Shown piece by piece: positions 11,351-24,399 of a stretch of DNA of 64,000 bases. A program made the position numbers and the translations under genes. Source of the stretch: Apteryx mantelli. Taxonomy: Eukaryota. The DNA lies in NCBI RefSeq assembly GCF_036417845.1, contig NC_090015.1, positions 1 to 64,000 of the forward strand. Direction: 5' to 3'. Position 1 is the first letter of the stretch. Each line of letters begins with the position of its first letter. Below the pieces are notes generated by a model that saw only the letters and a list, made by a program, of their open reading frames with translations, ran no database searches and was not told where the DNA came from.

Positions 11351-12480
11351 CGACGTGTCTCCCTGACATCCCACTGTCCCCGCCGTGTCGGTGACACGTC
11401 CCCATGGCGTCCCCGTGTCCCCGCCATGCTGGTGACACATCGTCATGGTGTCCCCACCATGCCAGCGGTGTCCCCATGGTGTCCCCATGTCCCCACCATG
11501 CCGGCGACATCTCCCCATGGCATCCCTGCATCCCCACCATGCCATTGAGACGTCCCCATGGTGTCCCCATGTCCCCGCCATGCCGGTGACATGTCCCCAT
11601 GGTGTCCCCGTGTCCCCTCCATGCCGGCGACATCTCCCCATGGCATCCCTGCATCCCCACCATGCCATTGAGACGTCCCCATGGCGTCCCCGTGTCCCCG
11701 CCATGCTGGTGACACATCGTCATGGTGTCCCCACCATGCCAGCGGTGTCCCCATGGTGTCCCCATGTCCCCACCATGCCGGCGACATCTCCCCATGGCAT
11801 CCCTGCATCCCCACCATGCCATTGAGACGTCCCCATGGTGTCCCCATGTCCCCGCCATGCCGGTGACATGTCCCCATGGTGTCCCCGTGTCCCCTCCATG
11901 CCGGCGACATCTCCCCATGGCATCCCTGCATCCCCACCATGCCATTGAGACGTCCCCATGGCGTCCCCGTGTCCCCGCCATGCTGGTGACACGTCCCCAT
12001 GGTGTCCCCCCCATGCCAGCGGCACGTCCCCATGGTGTCCCCATGTCCCCTCCATGCCAGTGACAGCTCCCCATGGCATCCCTGCATCCCCACTGTGCCA
12101 TTGAGATGTCCCCATGGTGTCCCCATGTCCCCCCCATGCCAGTGGCACGTCCCCATGGTGTCCCATGTCCCCACCATGCTGGCGACATCTCCCCATGGCA
12201 TCCCTGCATCCCCACCGTGCCATTGAGATGTCCCCATGGTGTCCCCGTGTCCCCGCCATGCTGGTGACACGTCCCCACAGTGTCCCCACCATGCCATTGA
12301 GACGTCCCCATGGTGTCCCCATGTCCCCACCAAGCCGGCGACATCTCCCCGTGACATCCCTGCCTCCCCGCCACCCTGGTGACACGTCCCCGTGGCGTCC
12401 CCATGTCCACTCCGTGCTGGTGACACGTCCCCGTAGTGTCCCCACCACGCCAGCGGCACGTCCCCATGGTGTCCCCGTGG
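11350..12480. repeat. Tandem repeat with a 277-bp higher-order period built from about 36-bp gtccccatggtgtccccatgtccccgccatgc units
   Basis: ORFs 11404..11589 and 11681..11866 are identical and offset by 277 bp. Confidence 0.9.
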
Positions 12481-12489
12481 TGTCCCCAG

Positions 12490-12615
12490 GGCGAGAAGTC
12501 CTTCTTCCTGCGGCCGGGCGAGCGTCTCCAGGCCGGCATCCAGGACGTCTACGTGCTGGCCGAGGACGAGGGGCTGCTGCTCCAGGCCCTGCAGACCCTC
12601 ACCCACCCCGACGAG
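12490..12615 (+). CDS. MVP: MVP coding exon ([42 protein letters not shown]); AG 12488-12489, donor GT 12616-12617
   Basis: Matches MVP '[41 protein letters not shown]'. Confidence 0.88.
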
Positions 12616-12619
12616 GTGC

Positions 12620-13745
12620 CCGGGGGGGCAACTGGGGACCCGGGGGGGCAACTGGGAGCCTGGGGGGGCAACTGGAGGTCCTGGGGGCAACTGGGGGCCC
12701 TGGGGGCAACTGGGACCTTGGGGTGGCAACTGGAGGTCCTGGGGGCAACTGGGAGCTTGGAGGAGGCAACTGGAGGTTCTGGGGGCATCTGGGAGCTTGG
12801 AGGAGGCAACTGGGACCTTGTGGGGGCAACTTGGGGTCTGGGGGGGCAACTGGGACCCTGGAGCTGCAACTGGGAGCTTGGAGGAGGCAACTGGAGGTCC
12901 TGGGGGCAACTGGGACTCTGGGGGGGCAACTGGAGGTTCTGGGGGCAACTGGAAGCTTGGAGGAGGCAACTGGGACCTTGGGGTGGCAACTGGAGGCCTG
13001 GGGGGCAACTGGGGACCGGGGGGGGCAACTGGGACTCTGGGGGGGCAACTGGGGGTTCTGGAGGCAACTGGGAGCTTGGAGGAGGCAACTGGGACCTTGT
13101 GGGGGCAACTTGGGGTCTGGGGGGGCAACTGGGACTCTGGGGGGGCAACTGGGAGCTTGGAGGAGGCAACTGGGACCTTGTGGGGGCAACTTGGGGTCTG
13201 GGTGGGTAACTGGGACTCGGGGGGGGGCAACTGGGAGCCTGGGGGGGCAACTGGAGGTCCTGGAGGCAACTGGGAGTTTGGAGGAGGCAACTGGGGGTCT
13301 GAGGGGCAACTGGGGACCGAGGGGGGCAACTGGGGACCTGGGGGGGCAACTGGAGGCCCTGGGGGCAACTGGGGACCGAGGGGGGCAACTGGAGGCCTGG
13401 GGGGCAACTGGGGACTGAGGGGGGCAACTGGGAGCTTGGAGGAGGCAACTGGGACCTTGTGGGGGCAACTTGGGGTCTGGGGGGGCAACTGGGACTCCGG
13501 GGGGGGCAACTGGGAGCCTGGGGGGGCAACTGGAGGTCCTGGGGGCAACTGGAGGCCTGGGGGGGCAACTGGGAGCCTGGGGGGGGCAACTGGAGGTCCT
13601 GGGGGCAACTGGGAGCTTGGAGGGGGCAACTGGGACCTTGTGGTGGCAACTGGGGACCCCGGGGGGCAACTGGGACTCTGGGGGGGCAACTGGGACCTTG
13701 TGGGGGCAACTTGGGGTCTGGGGGGGCAACTGGAGGTTTGGTGGG
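12620..13745. repeat. Minisatellite of about 20-21-bp units (gggggcaactgggagcctgg / ggaggaggcaactgggaccttgt)
   Basis: Direct reading. Confidence 0.9.
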
Positions 13746-14800
13746 TGCCACGGTGACGCCCCGGGGAGGACGGAGGTGACATCATGGTGTCCCCACGTTG
13801 ACATGGGCGACGTGGCCGCGGCCGGGGTGTCCGGGCTGGTGCCACCTCCACGTCCTTGTGGGCACCATGGTGCCACCACCACGTCCCTGTGGGTGCCAAG
13901 GTGCCACCACCACGTCCTTATGGGCGCCATGGTGATGCCACCACATCTTTACGGGTGCCATGGTGATGCCACCACGTCCTTATGGGTGCCAAGGTGATGC
14001 CACCACCATGTCCCTGTGGGTGCCATGGTGATGCCACCACGTCCTTATGGGCACTGAGGTGCCACCACCACATCTGTATGGATGCCAAGGTGCCACCTCC
14101 ATGTCCTTGTGGGCACCATGGTGATGCCACCACGTCTTTGTGGGTGCCAAGGTGCCACCACCACATCCTTGTGGGCGCCGAGGTGCCACCTCCACATCCC
14201 TGTGGGTGCCAAGGTGATGCCACCACCATGTCCTTGTGGGTGCCAAGGTGCCACCTCCACATCCGTATGGGTGCCAAGGTGCCACCTCCACGTCCCTATG
14301 GGTGCCATGGTGATGCCACCACGTCCCTACGGGCGCCACGGTGCCACCACCACATCCCTATGGGTGCCATGGTGATGCCACCACGTCCTTATGGGCGCCG
14401 AGGTGCCACCACCACATCCCTGTGGGCGCCATGGTGATGCCACCACGTCCCTATGGGTGCCAAGGTGATGCCACCACTTCCTTATGGGCGCCGAGGTGCC
14501 ACCACCACATCTGTATGGGTGCCAAGGTGCCACCTCCATGTCCTTATGGGCACTGAGGTGCCACCACCACGTCCCTATGGGTGCCATGGTGATGCCACCA
14601 CGTCCTTGTGGGCGCCGAGGTGCCACCTCCACATCCGTATGGGTGCCAAGGTGATGCCACCACGTCCTTATGGGCGCCGAGGTGCCACCACCACATCCCT
14701 ATGGGTGCCAAGGTGCCACCACCACGTCCTTGTGGGCGCCGAGGTGCCACCACCACGTCCCTCTGGGCGCCACGCTGATGCCACCACATCCTTATGGGCG
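13745..14800. repeat. Tandem repeat of about 30/60-bp units (gtgccaccaccacgtccttatgggcgccatggtgatgccaccacgtccctatgg)
   Basis: Direct reading. Confidence 0.9.
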
Positions 14801-14865
14801 CCGTGCCGGGGGTGGCGGGGGGTGGCGGGTGCCACGCGACGGTGACGCGCCGCTGTCCCCCGCAG

Positions 14866-15024
14866 GGCGGCGCGGAGGTGACGCGGCGGGCGGGCGAGCG
14901 CTGGCTGGCCCGCGGTCCCCTCGAGTACGTGCCGCCGGCCGAGGTGACCGTGCTGGAGCGACGCCGCGCCGTGGCCCTGGGCGAGGGCGAGGGCATCTAC
15001 GTGCGCGACATCCGCACCGGCAAG
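14866..15024 (+). CDS. MVP: MVP coding exon ([53 protein letters not shown]); AG 14864-14865, donor GT 15025-15026
   Basis: Matches MVP '...[47 protein letters not shown]'. Confidence 0.88.
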
Positions 15025-15039
15025 GTTGGGACCGCCCCC

Positions 15040-17700
15040 CCCGCGGCCCCTATAGAGCCCCTATAGGGTCCCTATAGAGTCCCCAACCCCCCGAGACCCC
15101 CTGGACCCCCTGGAGTCCCTATAGATCTTCTTGAACGTTCTGGAGCCCCTATAGATGTCCTACAGACCCCCGTAACTCCCTGCAGACATCTCCAGGACAC
15201 TCTCATGACCCTTATGGAGCTCCTGTAGAGCCCCTATGGAGCCCCTATGGAGTCCCTATGGAGTCTCCAACCCCCTGAGACCCCCTGGAGGCCCTGGAGG
15301 CCCTATAGACCTTCTTGAACCTCCTGGAGCCCCTATAGACGTCCTACAGACCCCCGTAGCTCCCTGCAGACATCTCCAGGATACCTTCATGACCCTATGG
15401 AGCCCCTATAGAGTCCCTATAGAGTCCCCAACCCCCCTGAGACCCCCTGGAGCCCCTGGAGGCCCTATAGACCTTCTTGAACCTCCTGGAGCCCCTATAA
15501 ACGTCATACAGACCCCCGTAACTCCCTGCAGACATCTCCAGGACACCCTCATGACCTTATGGAGGCCCTATAGAGTCCCTATGGAGTCCCCAACTCCCTG
15601 AGACCCCCTGGAGCCCCTGGAGTCCCTATAGACCTTCTTGAACCTCCTGGAGTCCCTATAGATGTTCTACAGACCCCTGTAGCTCCTTGCAGACATCTCC
15701 AGGACACCCTCATGACCCTATGGAGGCCCTATAGAGTCCCTATAGAGTCCCCAACCCCCCTGAGACCCCCTGGAGGCCCTGGAGGCCCTATAGACCTTCT
15801 TGAACCTTCTGGAGCCCCTATAGATGTCCTACAGACCCCCCATAGCTCCGTACAGACATCTCCAGGACGCCCTCATGACCCTTATGGAGCCCCTGTAGAG
15901 CTCCTATGGAGCCCCTACGGAGTCTCCAACCCCCTGAGACCCCCTGGAGGCCCTGTAGTCCCTATGGACGTCCCAACCCCCTGGAGCTCCTATAGAGCTC
16001 CCACAGCCCTTACAGACCCCTGTAACTCCCTATGGACACTCTCAGGACACCCGTGCGGCCCCTATGGAGTCCCCAACCCCCCGAGACCCCCTGGAGGCCC
16101 TGGAGGCCCTATAGACCTTCTTGAACCTCCTGGAGCCCCTATAGATGTCCTACAGACCCCTGTAACCCCCTACAGACACCCCCAGGACACCCTCATGACC
16201 CTATAGAGCCCCTATGGAGTCCCTATAGAGTCCCCAACCCCCCGAGACCCCCTGGAGGCCCTGGAGCCCCTATAGACCTTCTTGAACCTCCTGGAGCCCC
16301 TATAGATGTCCTACAGACCCCCGTAGCTCCTTACAGACATCTCCAGGACACCCTCATGACCCTATAGAGCCCCTATGGAGTCCCTATAGAGTCCCCAACC
16401 CCCCGAGACCCAATGAGACCCCCTGGAGCCCCTATAGACCTTCCCGAACCTCCTGGAGCCCCTATAGATGTCCTACAGACCCCCGTAACTCCCTGCAGAC
16501 ATCTCCAGGACACCCTCGCGACCCTATGGAGCCCCTGTAGAGCCCCTATGGAGTCTCCAACCCCCTGAGAGCCCCTGGAGGCCCTATAGACCTTCTTGAA
16601 CCTCCTGGAGCCCCTATAGATGTCCTACAGAACCCCATAACTCCCTGCAGACATCTCCAGGACACCCTCGCGACCCTATGGAGCTCCTGTAGAGCCCCTA
16701 TGGAGCCCCTATGGAGTCCCTATGGAGTCTCCAACCCCCTGAGACCCCCTGGAGCCCCTGGAGCCCCTATAGACCTTCTTGAACCTCTTGGAGCCCCTAT
16801 AGACGTCCTACAGACCCCCGTAGCTTCCTGCAGACATCTCCAGGACACCCTCATGACCCTATGGAGCCCCTATAGAGTCCCTATGGAGTCCCCAACCCCC
16901 TGAGACCCAATGAGACCCCCTGGAGCCCCTATAGACCTTCTTGAACCTTCTGGAGCCCCTATAGATGTCCTACAGACCCCCGTAGCTCCGTACAGACATC
17001 TCCAGGACGCCCTCATGACCCTATGGAGCCCCTGTAGAGCCCCTATGGAACCCCTATGGAGTCTCCAACCCCCTGAGACCCCCTGGAGCCCCTATAGACC
17101 TTCTTGAACCTCCTGGAGCCCCTATAGACATCATGCAGACCCCCATAGCTCCCTGCAGACATCTGCAGGACACCCTCATGACCCTGTAGAGCCCCTGTGG
17201 AGCCTCTATGGAGTCCCCAACCCCCCTGAGACCCCCTGGAGGCCCTATAGACCTTCCCGAACCTTCTGGAGCCCCTATAGACATCATGCAGACCCCCATA
17301 GCTCCCTACAGACATCTGCAGGACACCCTCATGACCCTGTAGAGCCCCTATGGAGCCCCTATGGAGTCTCCAACCCCCTGAGACCCCCCTGGAGCCCCTA
17401 TAGTCCCTATGGACCTTCCCGAACCTCCTGGAGCCCCTATAGATGTCCTACAGACCCCCATAACTCCTTGCAGACATCTCCAGGACACCCTCGCGACCCT
17501 ATGGAGCCCCTGTAGAGACCCTATGGAGCCCCTATGGAGCCCCCAACCCCCTGAGAGCCCCTGGAGCCCCTATAGATCTCCTATAGACCTCCCCAACCCC
17601 CTGGAGCCCCTATAGATCTCCTATAGGTCTCTGTAACCCCCTACAGACGCCCCCAGGACGCTCTCGTGACCCTATAGAGCACCTATAGGGTCCCTATAGA
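15040..17700. repeat. Satellite of about 160-bp units repeated about 16 times, rich in CTATAG (cccctatagagtccctatagagtccccaaccccctgagaccccctggaggccctatagaccttcttgaacctcctggagcccctatagatgtcctacagacccccgtagctccctgcagacatctccaggacaccctcatgaccctatggag); starts at the exon-7 donor
   Basis: ORFs 15236.., 15712.., 16700.., 16910.. and 17409.. encode the same peptide family. Confidence 0.9.
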
Positions 17701-19300
17701 GCCCCCAGCACCCTGGAGCCCCTATAGACCCCCCCAGCCCCCTCCCAGTGCATCCCAGTGGCTCCCAGTGCTCCCAGTCCTTCCCAGTCCCCCCCAGCCC
17801 TCTCCCAGTCCCTTCCCAGTGCTCCCAGTCCCCTCCCAGTCTCCTCCCAGTCCCTTCCCAGTGCTCCCAGTCCCCCCCAGTCCCCTCCCAGTCCCCTCCC
17901 AGTGCCCCCCAGCGGCTCCCAGTCCCTCCCCGTCCCCCCCAGCCCCCTCCCAGTGCCTCCCAGTGCCTCCCAGTGCCTCCCAGCACCTCCCAGTGCCTCC
18001 CAGTCCCCCCCAGCGCTCTCCCAGTGCCTCCCAGTGCCTCCCAGCACCTCCCAGTGCCTCCCAGTCCCCCCCAGCGCTCTCCCAGTGCCTCCCAGCACCT
18101 CCCAGTCCCCCCAGTCCCCCCCAGTCCTTCCCAGTCCCTCCCAGTGCCTCCCAGTGCCTCCCAGTGCCTCCCAGTGCCCCCCAATCCCCCCCAGCCCCCT
18201 CCCAGTGCCTCCCAGTCCCCTCCCAGTCCCTCCCAGTGCCTCCCAGTGCCTCCCAGTCCCCCCCAGCACTCTCCCAGCGCCTCCCAGCGCCTCCCAGTGC
18301 CTCCCAGTGCCTCCCAGTCCCCCCAGCGCTCTCCCAGTGCCTCCCAGTGCCTCCCAGTCCCCTCCCAGTGCCTCCCAGTCCCCTCCTAGTGCCTCCCAGT
18401 CCCCTCCCAGTGCCTCCCAGTCCCCCCCAGCGCTCTCCCAGTGCCTCCCTGTCCCCTCCCAGTGCCTCCCAGCGCCCTCCCAGTGCTTCCAGTGCCTCCC
18501 AGCACCCTCCCAGTCCCTCCCAGTGCCTCCTAGTGCCCCCCAGCACCCCTCCCAGTGCCTCCCAGCTCCTTCCCAGTGCCTCCCAGTCCCCCCCACTCCC
18601 CTCCCAGTGCTCCCAGTGCCTCCCAGCCTCCTCCCAGTGCCCCCCAGCCCCCCTCCCAGTCCCCTCCCAGCACCCTCAGTGCCCCTTCCCAGTACTCCCA
18701 GTCCCCCCCAGCCCCTCCCAGTGCCTCCCAGTGCCTCCCAGTCCCCCCCAGTACCCCCCAGTACCTCCCAGTCCCCTCCCAGTGCCTCCCAGCGCCTCCC
18801 AGCGCCCTCCCAGTATCCTCCCAGTCCCCCCCAGTCCCTCCCAGTGCCTCCCAGTCCCCTCCCAGTGCCTCCCAGCCCCCTCCCAGTCCCCCCCAGTACC
18901 TCCCAGTCCCCTCCCAGTGCCTCCCAGTGCCTCCCAGCGCCCTCCCAGTACCCTCCCAGTCCCCCCCAGTCCCTCCCAGTGCCTCCCAGTCCCCTCCCAG
19001 TCCCCTCCCAGCCCCCTCCCAGTCCCCTCCCAGTGCCTCCCAGTCCCCCCCAGTCCCCCCCAGTACCTCCCAGTCCCCTCCCAGTGCTCCCAGTCCCTCC
19101 CAGTGCCTCCCAGTCCCCCCCAGCGCTCTCCCAGTGCCTCCCAGTCCCCTCCCAGTGCCTCCCAGTGCCTCCCAGTACCTCCCAGTCCCCCCCACCCCCC
19201 CCAGTGCCTCCCAGTCCCCCCCACTCCCCTCCCAGCACCTCCCAGTCCCCCCCAGTCCCCTCCCAGTGCCTCCCAGCGCCTCCCAGTTCCCAGCGCCCCC
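17700..19300. repeat. Microsatellite-like repeat of 11-12-bp units (cctcccagtgc / cctcccagtcccc), ending at the exon-8 acceptor
   Basis: Direct reading. Confidence 0.9.
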
Positions 19301-19303
19301 CAG

Positions 19304-19569
19304 GTGCGGGCGGTGGTGGGCCAGACCTACATGCTGACGGCGACGGAGGAGCTGTGGGAGAAGGAGCTGGCGCCCGGCGTGGAGGCGCTGCTGGCGGCCG
19401 CCCGCGACCCCCGGGGCCAGCGCGGGGCCACCGCCGGGGACATCGGGGACGTCGGGGACGACGCCGGGGACACGGCGGGGCGGCGGCGCGACCGCACGCG
19501 GGCCGTCACCTTCCGCGTGCCCCACAACGCCGCCATGCAGCTCTACGACTACCGGGAGCGGCGGGCGCG
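19304..19569 (+). CDS. MVP: MVP coding exon ([88 protein letters not shown]+cg); AG 19302-19303, donor GT 19570-19571 (gtgagc); 3' phase 2
   Basis: Matches MVP '[30 protein letters not shown]...[25 protein letters not shown]'. It contains an in-frame GGGGAC(A/G)TC repeat (GDIGDVGDD) related to the downstream intronic satellite. Confidence 0.85.
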
Positions 19570-20949
19570 GTGAGCGGGGACGTTGGGGACATCGGGGACA
19601 TCGGGGAGGTTGGGGGCATCAGGGACATCTGGGACGTGGAGGACATCAGAGATGTTGGGGGTGTCAGGGATGTCGGGGACATTGGGGACATCAGGGATGT
19701 TGGGGACATCTGGGACATGGAGGACATCAGAGACGTTGGGGATGTTGGGGACGTCGGGGACATCGGGGGTGTTGGGGACGTCGGGGAGGTTGGGGGCGTC
19801 AGGGACATCTGGGACCTGGAGGACATCAGAGACGTTGGGAATATTGGGGATGTTGGGGACATCTGGGACGTGGAGGACATCAGGGACGTTGGGGATGTTG
19901 GGGACGTTGGGATGTCGGGGACATTGGGGACATCTGGGACGTGGAGGACATCAGGGACGGGGACGTTGGGGACCTCAGGGACATCTGGGACCTGGAGGAC
20001 ATCAGAGACGTTGGGGATGTTGGGGATGTTGGGGGCGTTGGGGACATCTGGGACATAGAGGACATCAGAGACGTTGGGGATGTTGGGGACATTGGGGACA
20101 TGGAGGACATCAGAGATGGGGATGTTGGGGACATTGGGGACATCTGGGACATGGAGGACATCAGGGACATTGGGGATGTTGGGGGCTTTGGGGATATGGA
20201 GGACATCAGAGACGTTGGGGATGTTGGGGATGTGGGGGACATCTGGGACCTGGAGGACATCAGAGACGTTGGGGATGTTGGGAGCATTGGGGACATGGAG
20301 GACATCAGAGATGGGGATGTTGGGGACATTGGGGACATCTGGGACATGGAGGACATCAGGGACATTGGGGATGTTGGGGACATTAAGGGGCATCAGGGAC
20401 ATCAGGGACTTGGAGGACATCAGAGACGTTGGGGACGTTGGGGGCGTCAGGGACGTCGGGGACATGGAGGACATCAGGGACTTTGGGGTTGTTGGGGACA
20501 TCAGGGACGTTGGGGACATCTGGGACACGGAGGACATCAGAGATGGGGACATTGGGGATGTCAGGGACATTGGGGACATCTGGGACACAGAGGACATCAG
20601 GGACGTTGGGGGACGTTGGGGGCGTCAGGGACATCTGGGACATGGAGGACATCAGAGACGGGGATGGTGGGGACGTTGGGGATGTTGGAGACATCTGGGA
20701 CATGGATGGCATCAGAGACAGGGACATTGGGGACATCTGGGACATGGAGGACATCTGAGACGTTGGGGATGTTGGGGACATCAGGGACATTGGGGATGTT
20801 GGGGACGTTGAGGACATCGGGGACATCAGGGACATCTGGGACATGGAGGACATCAGGGACATTGGGGCTGTCGGGGATGTTGGGGACGTTGGGGGTGTTG
20901 GGGACATGTGGGACATGGAGGACATCAGAGATGGGGATGGCGGGGACGT

Positions 20950-21080
20950 TGGGGACGCCGTTGGGGACACGGGGGACGCGGCGGGGCGGCGGCGCGACCG
21001 CACGCGGGCCGTCACCTTCCGCGTGCCCCACAACGCCGCCATGCAGCTCTACGACTACCGGGAGCGGCGGGCGCGGTGAG
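20950..21080 (+). other. Copy of the exon-8 3' end plus donor (…[35 protein letters not shown]|gtgagcgggg), inside the intron-8 satellite
   Basis: About 125 nt identical to 19445-19575, including the gtgagc donor, but lacking the 5' two-thirds of the exon. Confidence 0.85.
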
Positions 21081-23444
21081 CGGGGACGTTGGGGACATCG
21101 GGGACATCGGGGAGGTTGGGGGCATCAGGGACATCTGGGACGTGGAGGACATCAGAGATGTTGGGGGTGTCAGGGATGTCGGGGACATTGGGGACATCAG
21201 GGATGTTGGAGACATCTGGGACATGGAGGACATCAGAGACGTTGGGGATGTTGGGGACGTCGGGGACATCGGGGGTGTTGGGGACGTCGGGGAGGTTGGG
21301 GGCGTCAGGGACATCTGGGACCTGGAGGACATCAGAGACGTTGGGAATATTGGGGATGTTGGGGACATCTGGGACGTGGAGAACATCAGAGACATTGGGG
21401 ATGTTGGGGACATGGGGGACATTGGGGACATCAGGGACATGGAGGACATCAGGGACATTGGGGATGTTGGGGATGTTGGGGACATCTGGGACATGGAGGA
21501 CATCAGGGACGTTGGGGATGGTGGGGACGTTGGGGACATCTGGGACATGGAGGACATCAGGGATGCTGGGGACATTGGGGAGGTTGGGGATGTTGGGGAC
21601 ATCTGGGACATGGAGGACATCAGGGACATTGGGGCTGTCGGGGATGTCAGGGATGTTGGGGACGTTGGGGGCGTTGGGGACATGTGGGACATGGAGGACA
21701 GCAGAGACGTTGGGGATGTTGGGGACGTTAAGGGGCATCAGGGACATCAGGGACATGGAGGACATCAGAGACGGGGATGTTGGGGACATTGGAGGTGTCG
21801 GGGACATCTGGGACATGGAGGACATCAGAGATGTTGGGGACATTGGGGAGGTTGGGGATGTTGGGAACGTTGGGGACATCAGGGACATTGGGGACATCTG
21901 GGACCTGGAGAACATCAGAGACGTTGGGAATATTGGGGACGTCGGGGACATCTGGGATCTGGAGGACATCAGAGACGTTGGAGATGTTGGGGGCGTTGGG
22001 GACATTGGAGACATGGAGGACATCAGGGACGTTGGGGACATTGGGGATGTTGGGAACATGGAGGACATCAGGGACATTGGGGCTGTTGGGGACGTTGGGG
22101 ATGTCAGGGACGTTGGGGACATCTGGGACCTGGAGGACATCAGAGACGTTGGGGATGTTGGGGACATTGGGGACATGGAGGACATCAGAGATGGGGATGT
22201 TGGGGACATTGGGGACATCTGGGACATGGAGGACATCAGAGACGTTGGGGATGTTGGGAGCATTGGGGACATGGAGGACATCAGGGACATTGGGGATGTT
22301 GGGGACATTAAGGGGCATCAGGGACATCAGGGACTTGGAGGACATCAGAGACGTTGGGGACGTTGGGGGCGTCAGGGACGTCGGGGACATGGAGGACATC
22401 AGGGACGTTGGGGATGTTGGGGACATCAGGGACGTTGGGGACATCTGGGACACGGAGGACATCAGAGACGGGGACATTGGGGATGTCAGGGACATTGGGG
22501 ACATCTGGGACACAGAGGACATCAGGGACGTTGGGGACATCGGGGTCGTTGGGGACATCTGGGACGTGGAGGACATCAGGGACGTTGGGGATGTTGGGAG
22601 CATTGGGGACATGGAGGACATCAGGGACATTGGGCCTGTTGGGGACGTTGGGGACGTTGGGGACATCTGGGACATGGAGGACATCAGGGACGTTGGGGAT
22701 GTTGGGGACATTGGAGGTGTTGGGGACATCTGGGACATGGAGGACATCAGAGACGGGGACATTGGGGATGTTGGGGACGTTGGGGACATCAGGGACATGG
22801 AGGACATCAGGGACGTTGGGATGTTGGGGGCATTGGGGACATCGGGGACATGGAGAACATCAGAGACGTTGGGGACATTGGGGACGTTGGGGACATCGGG
22901 GACACAGAGGACATCAGGGACGTTGGGGATGTTGGGGACGTTGGGGACATCTGGGACGTGGAGGACATCAGGGACGTTGGGGATGTTGGGGACATCAGGG
23001 ACGTTGGGGACATCTGGGACACGGAGGACATCAGAGATGGGGACATTGGGGATGTCAGGGACATTGGGGACATCTGGGACACAGAGGACATCAGGGACGT
23101 TGGGGACGTCGGGGGCGTCAGGGACATCTGGGACATGGAGGACATCAGAGACGGGGATGGTGGGGACGTTGGGGATGTTGGAGACATCTGGGACATGGAT
23201 GGCATCAGAGACAGGGACATTGGGGACATCTGGGACATGGAGGACATCTGAGACGTTGGGGATGTTGGGGACATCAGGGACATTGGGGATGTTGGGGACG
23301 TTGAGGACATCGGGGACATCAGGGACATCTGGGACATGGAGGACATCAGGGACATTGGGGCTGTCGGGGATGTTGGGGACGTTGGGGGTGTTGGGGACAT
23401 GTGGGACATGGAGGACATCAGAGATGGGGATGGCGGGGACGTTG

Positions 23445-23575
23445 GGGACGCCGTTGGGGACACGGGGGACGCGGCGGGGCGGCGGCGCAACCGCACGCGG
23501 GCCGTCACCTTCCGCGTGCCCCACAACGCCGCCATGCAGCTCTACGACTACCGGGAGCGGCAGGCGCGGTGAGCG
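23445..23575 (+). other. Second copy of the exon-8 3' end plus donor, carrying two substitutions (D>N and R>Q)
   Basis: Same 125-nt block with cgcaaccgc and cggcaggcgcgg variants. The donor gtgagc lies at 23569. Confidence 0.85.
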
Positions 23576-24399
23576 GGGACGTTGGGGACATCGGGGACAT
23601 CGGGGAGGTTGGGGGCATCAGGGACATCTGGGACGTGGAGGACATCAGAGATGTTGGGGGTGTCAGGGATGTCGGGGACATTGGGGACATCAGGGATGTT
23701 GGAGACATCTGGGACATGGAGGACATCAGGGACGTTGGGGATGTTGGGGACATTGGGATGTCGGGGACATTGGGGACATCTGGGACATGGAGGACATCAG
23801 AGACAGGGATGTTGGGGACCTCAAGGATATCTGGGACCTGGAGGACATCAGAGATGTTGGGGATGTTGGGGATGTTGGGGGCGTTGGGGACATCTGGGAC
23901 ATGGAGAACATCAGGGACATTGGGGATGTTGGGGGCTTTGGGGATATGGAGGACATCAGAGACGTTGGGAACGTTGGGGATGTTGGGGACATCTGGGACG
24001 TGGAGGACATCAGGGACGGGGACGTTGGGGACGTTGGGGACATCTGGGACATGGAGGACATCAGAGACATTGGGCCTGTTGGGGACGTTGGGGATGTTGG
24101 GGACATCTGGGACATGGAGGACATCAGAGACATTGGGCCTGTTGGGGACATTAAGGGGCATCAGGGACATCAGGGACTTGGAGGACATCAGAGACGTTGG
24201 GGACGTTGGGGGCGTTGGGGACATCGGGGACTTGGAGGACATCAGAGATGTTGGGGATGTCGGGGACGTTGGGGATGTTGGGGACATCTGGGACAGGGAC
24301 ATCTGGGACACGGAGGACATCAGGGACGTTGGGGACGTTGGGGACGTCGGGGCTGTTGGGGATGTCGGGGACGTTGAGGACATCATGGATGTCCATGGC

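Noticed and set aside
12114-13418. ORF 12114..13418 (+) spanning MVP exon 6 with Gly-rich extension
   Set aside because: Only 12490-12615 aligns to MVP and is bounded by AG and GT. The rest is translation of the gggggcaactggg minisatellite.
17758-20058. Proline/serine-rich repetitive ORF ([12 protein letters not shown]…) that might suggest a mucin-like or extensin-like gene
   Set aside because: It arises from the 11-12-bp cctcccagtgc microsatellite inside MVP intron 7 and runs straight across MVP exon 8 in another frame. It has no start context and no splice structure.
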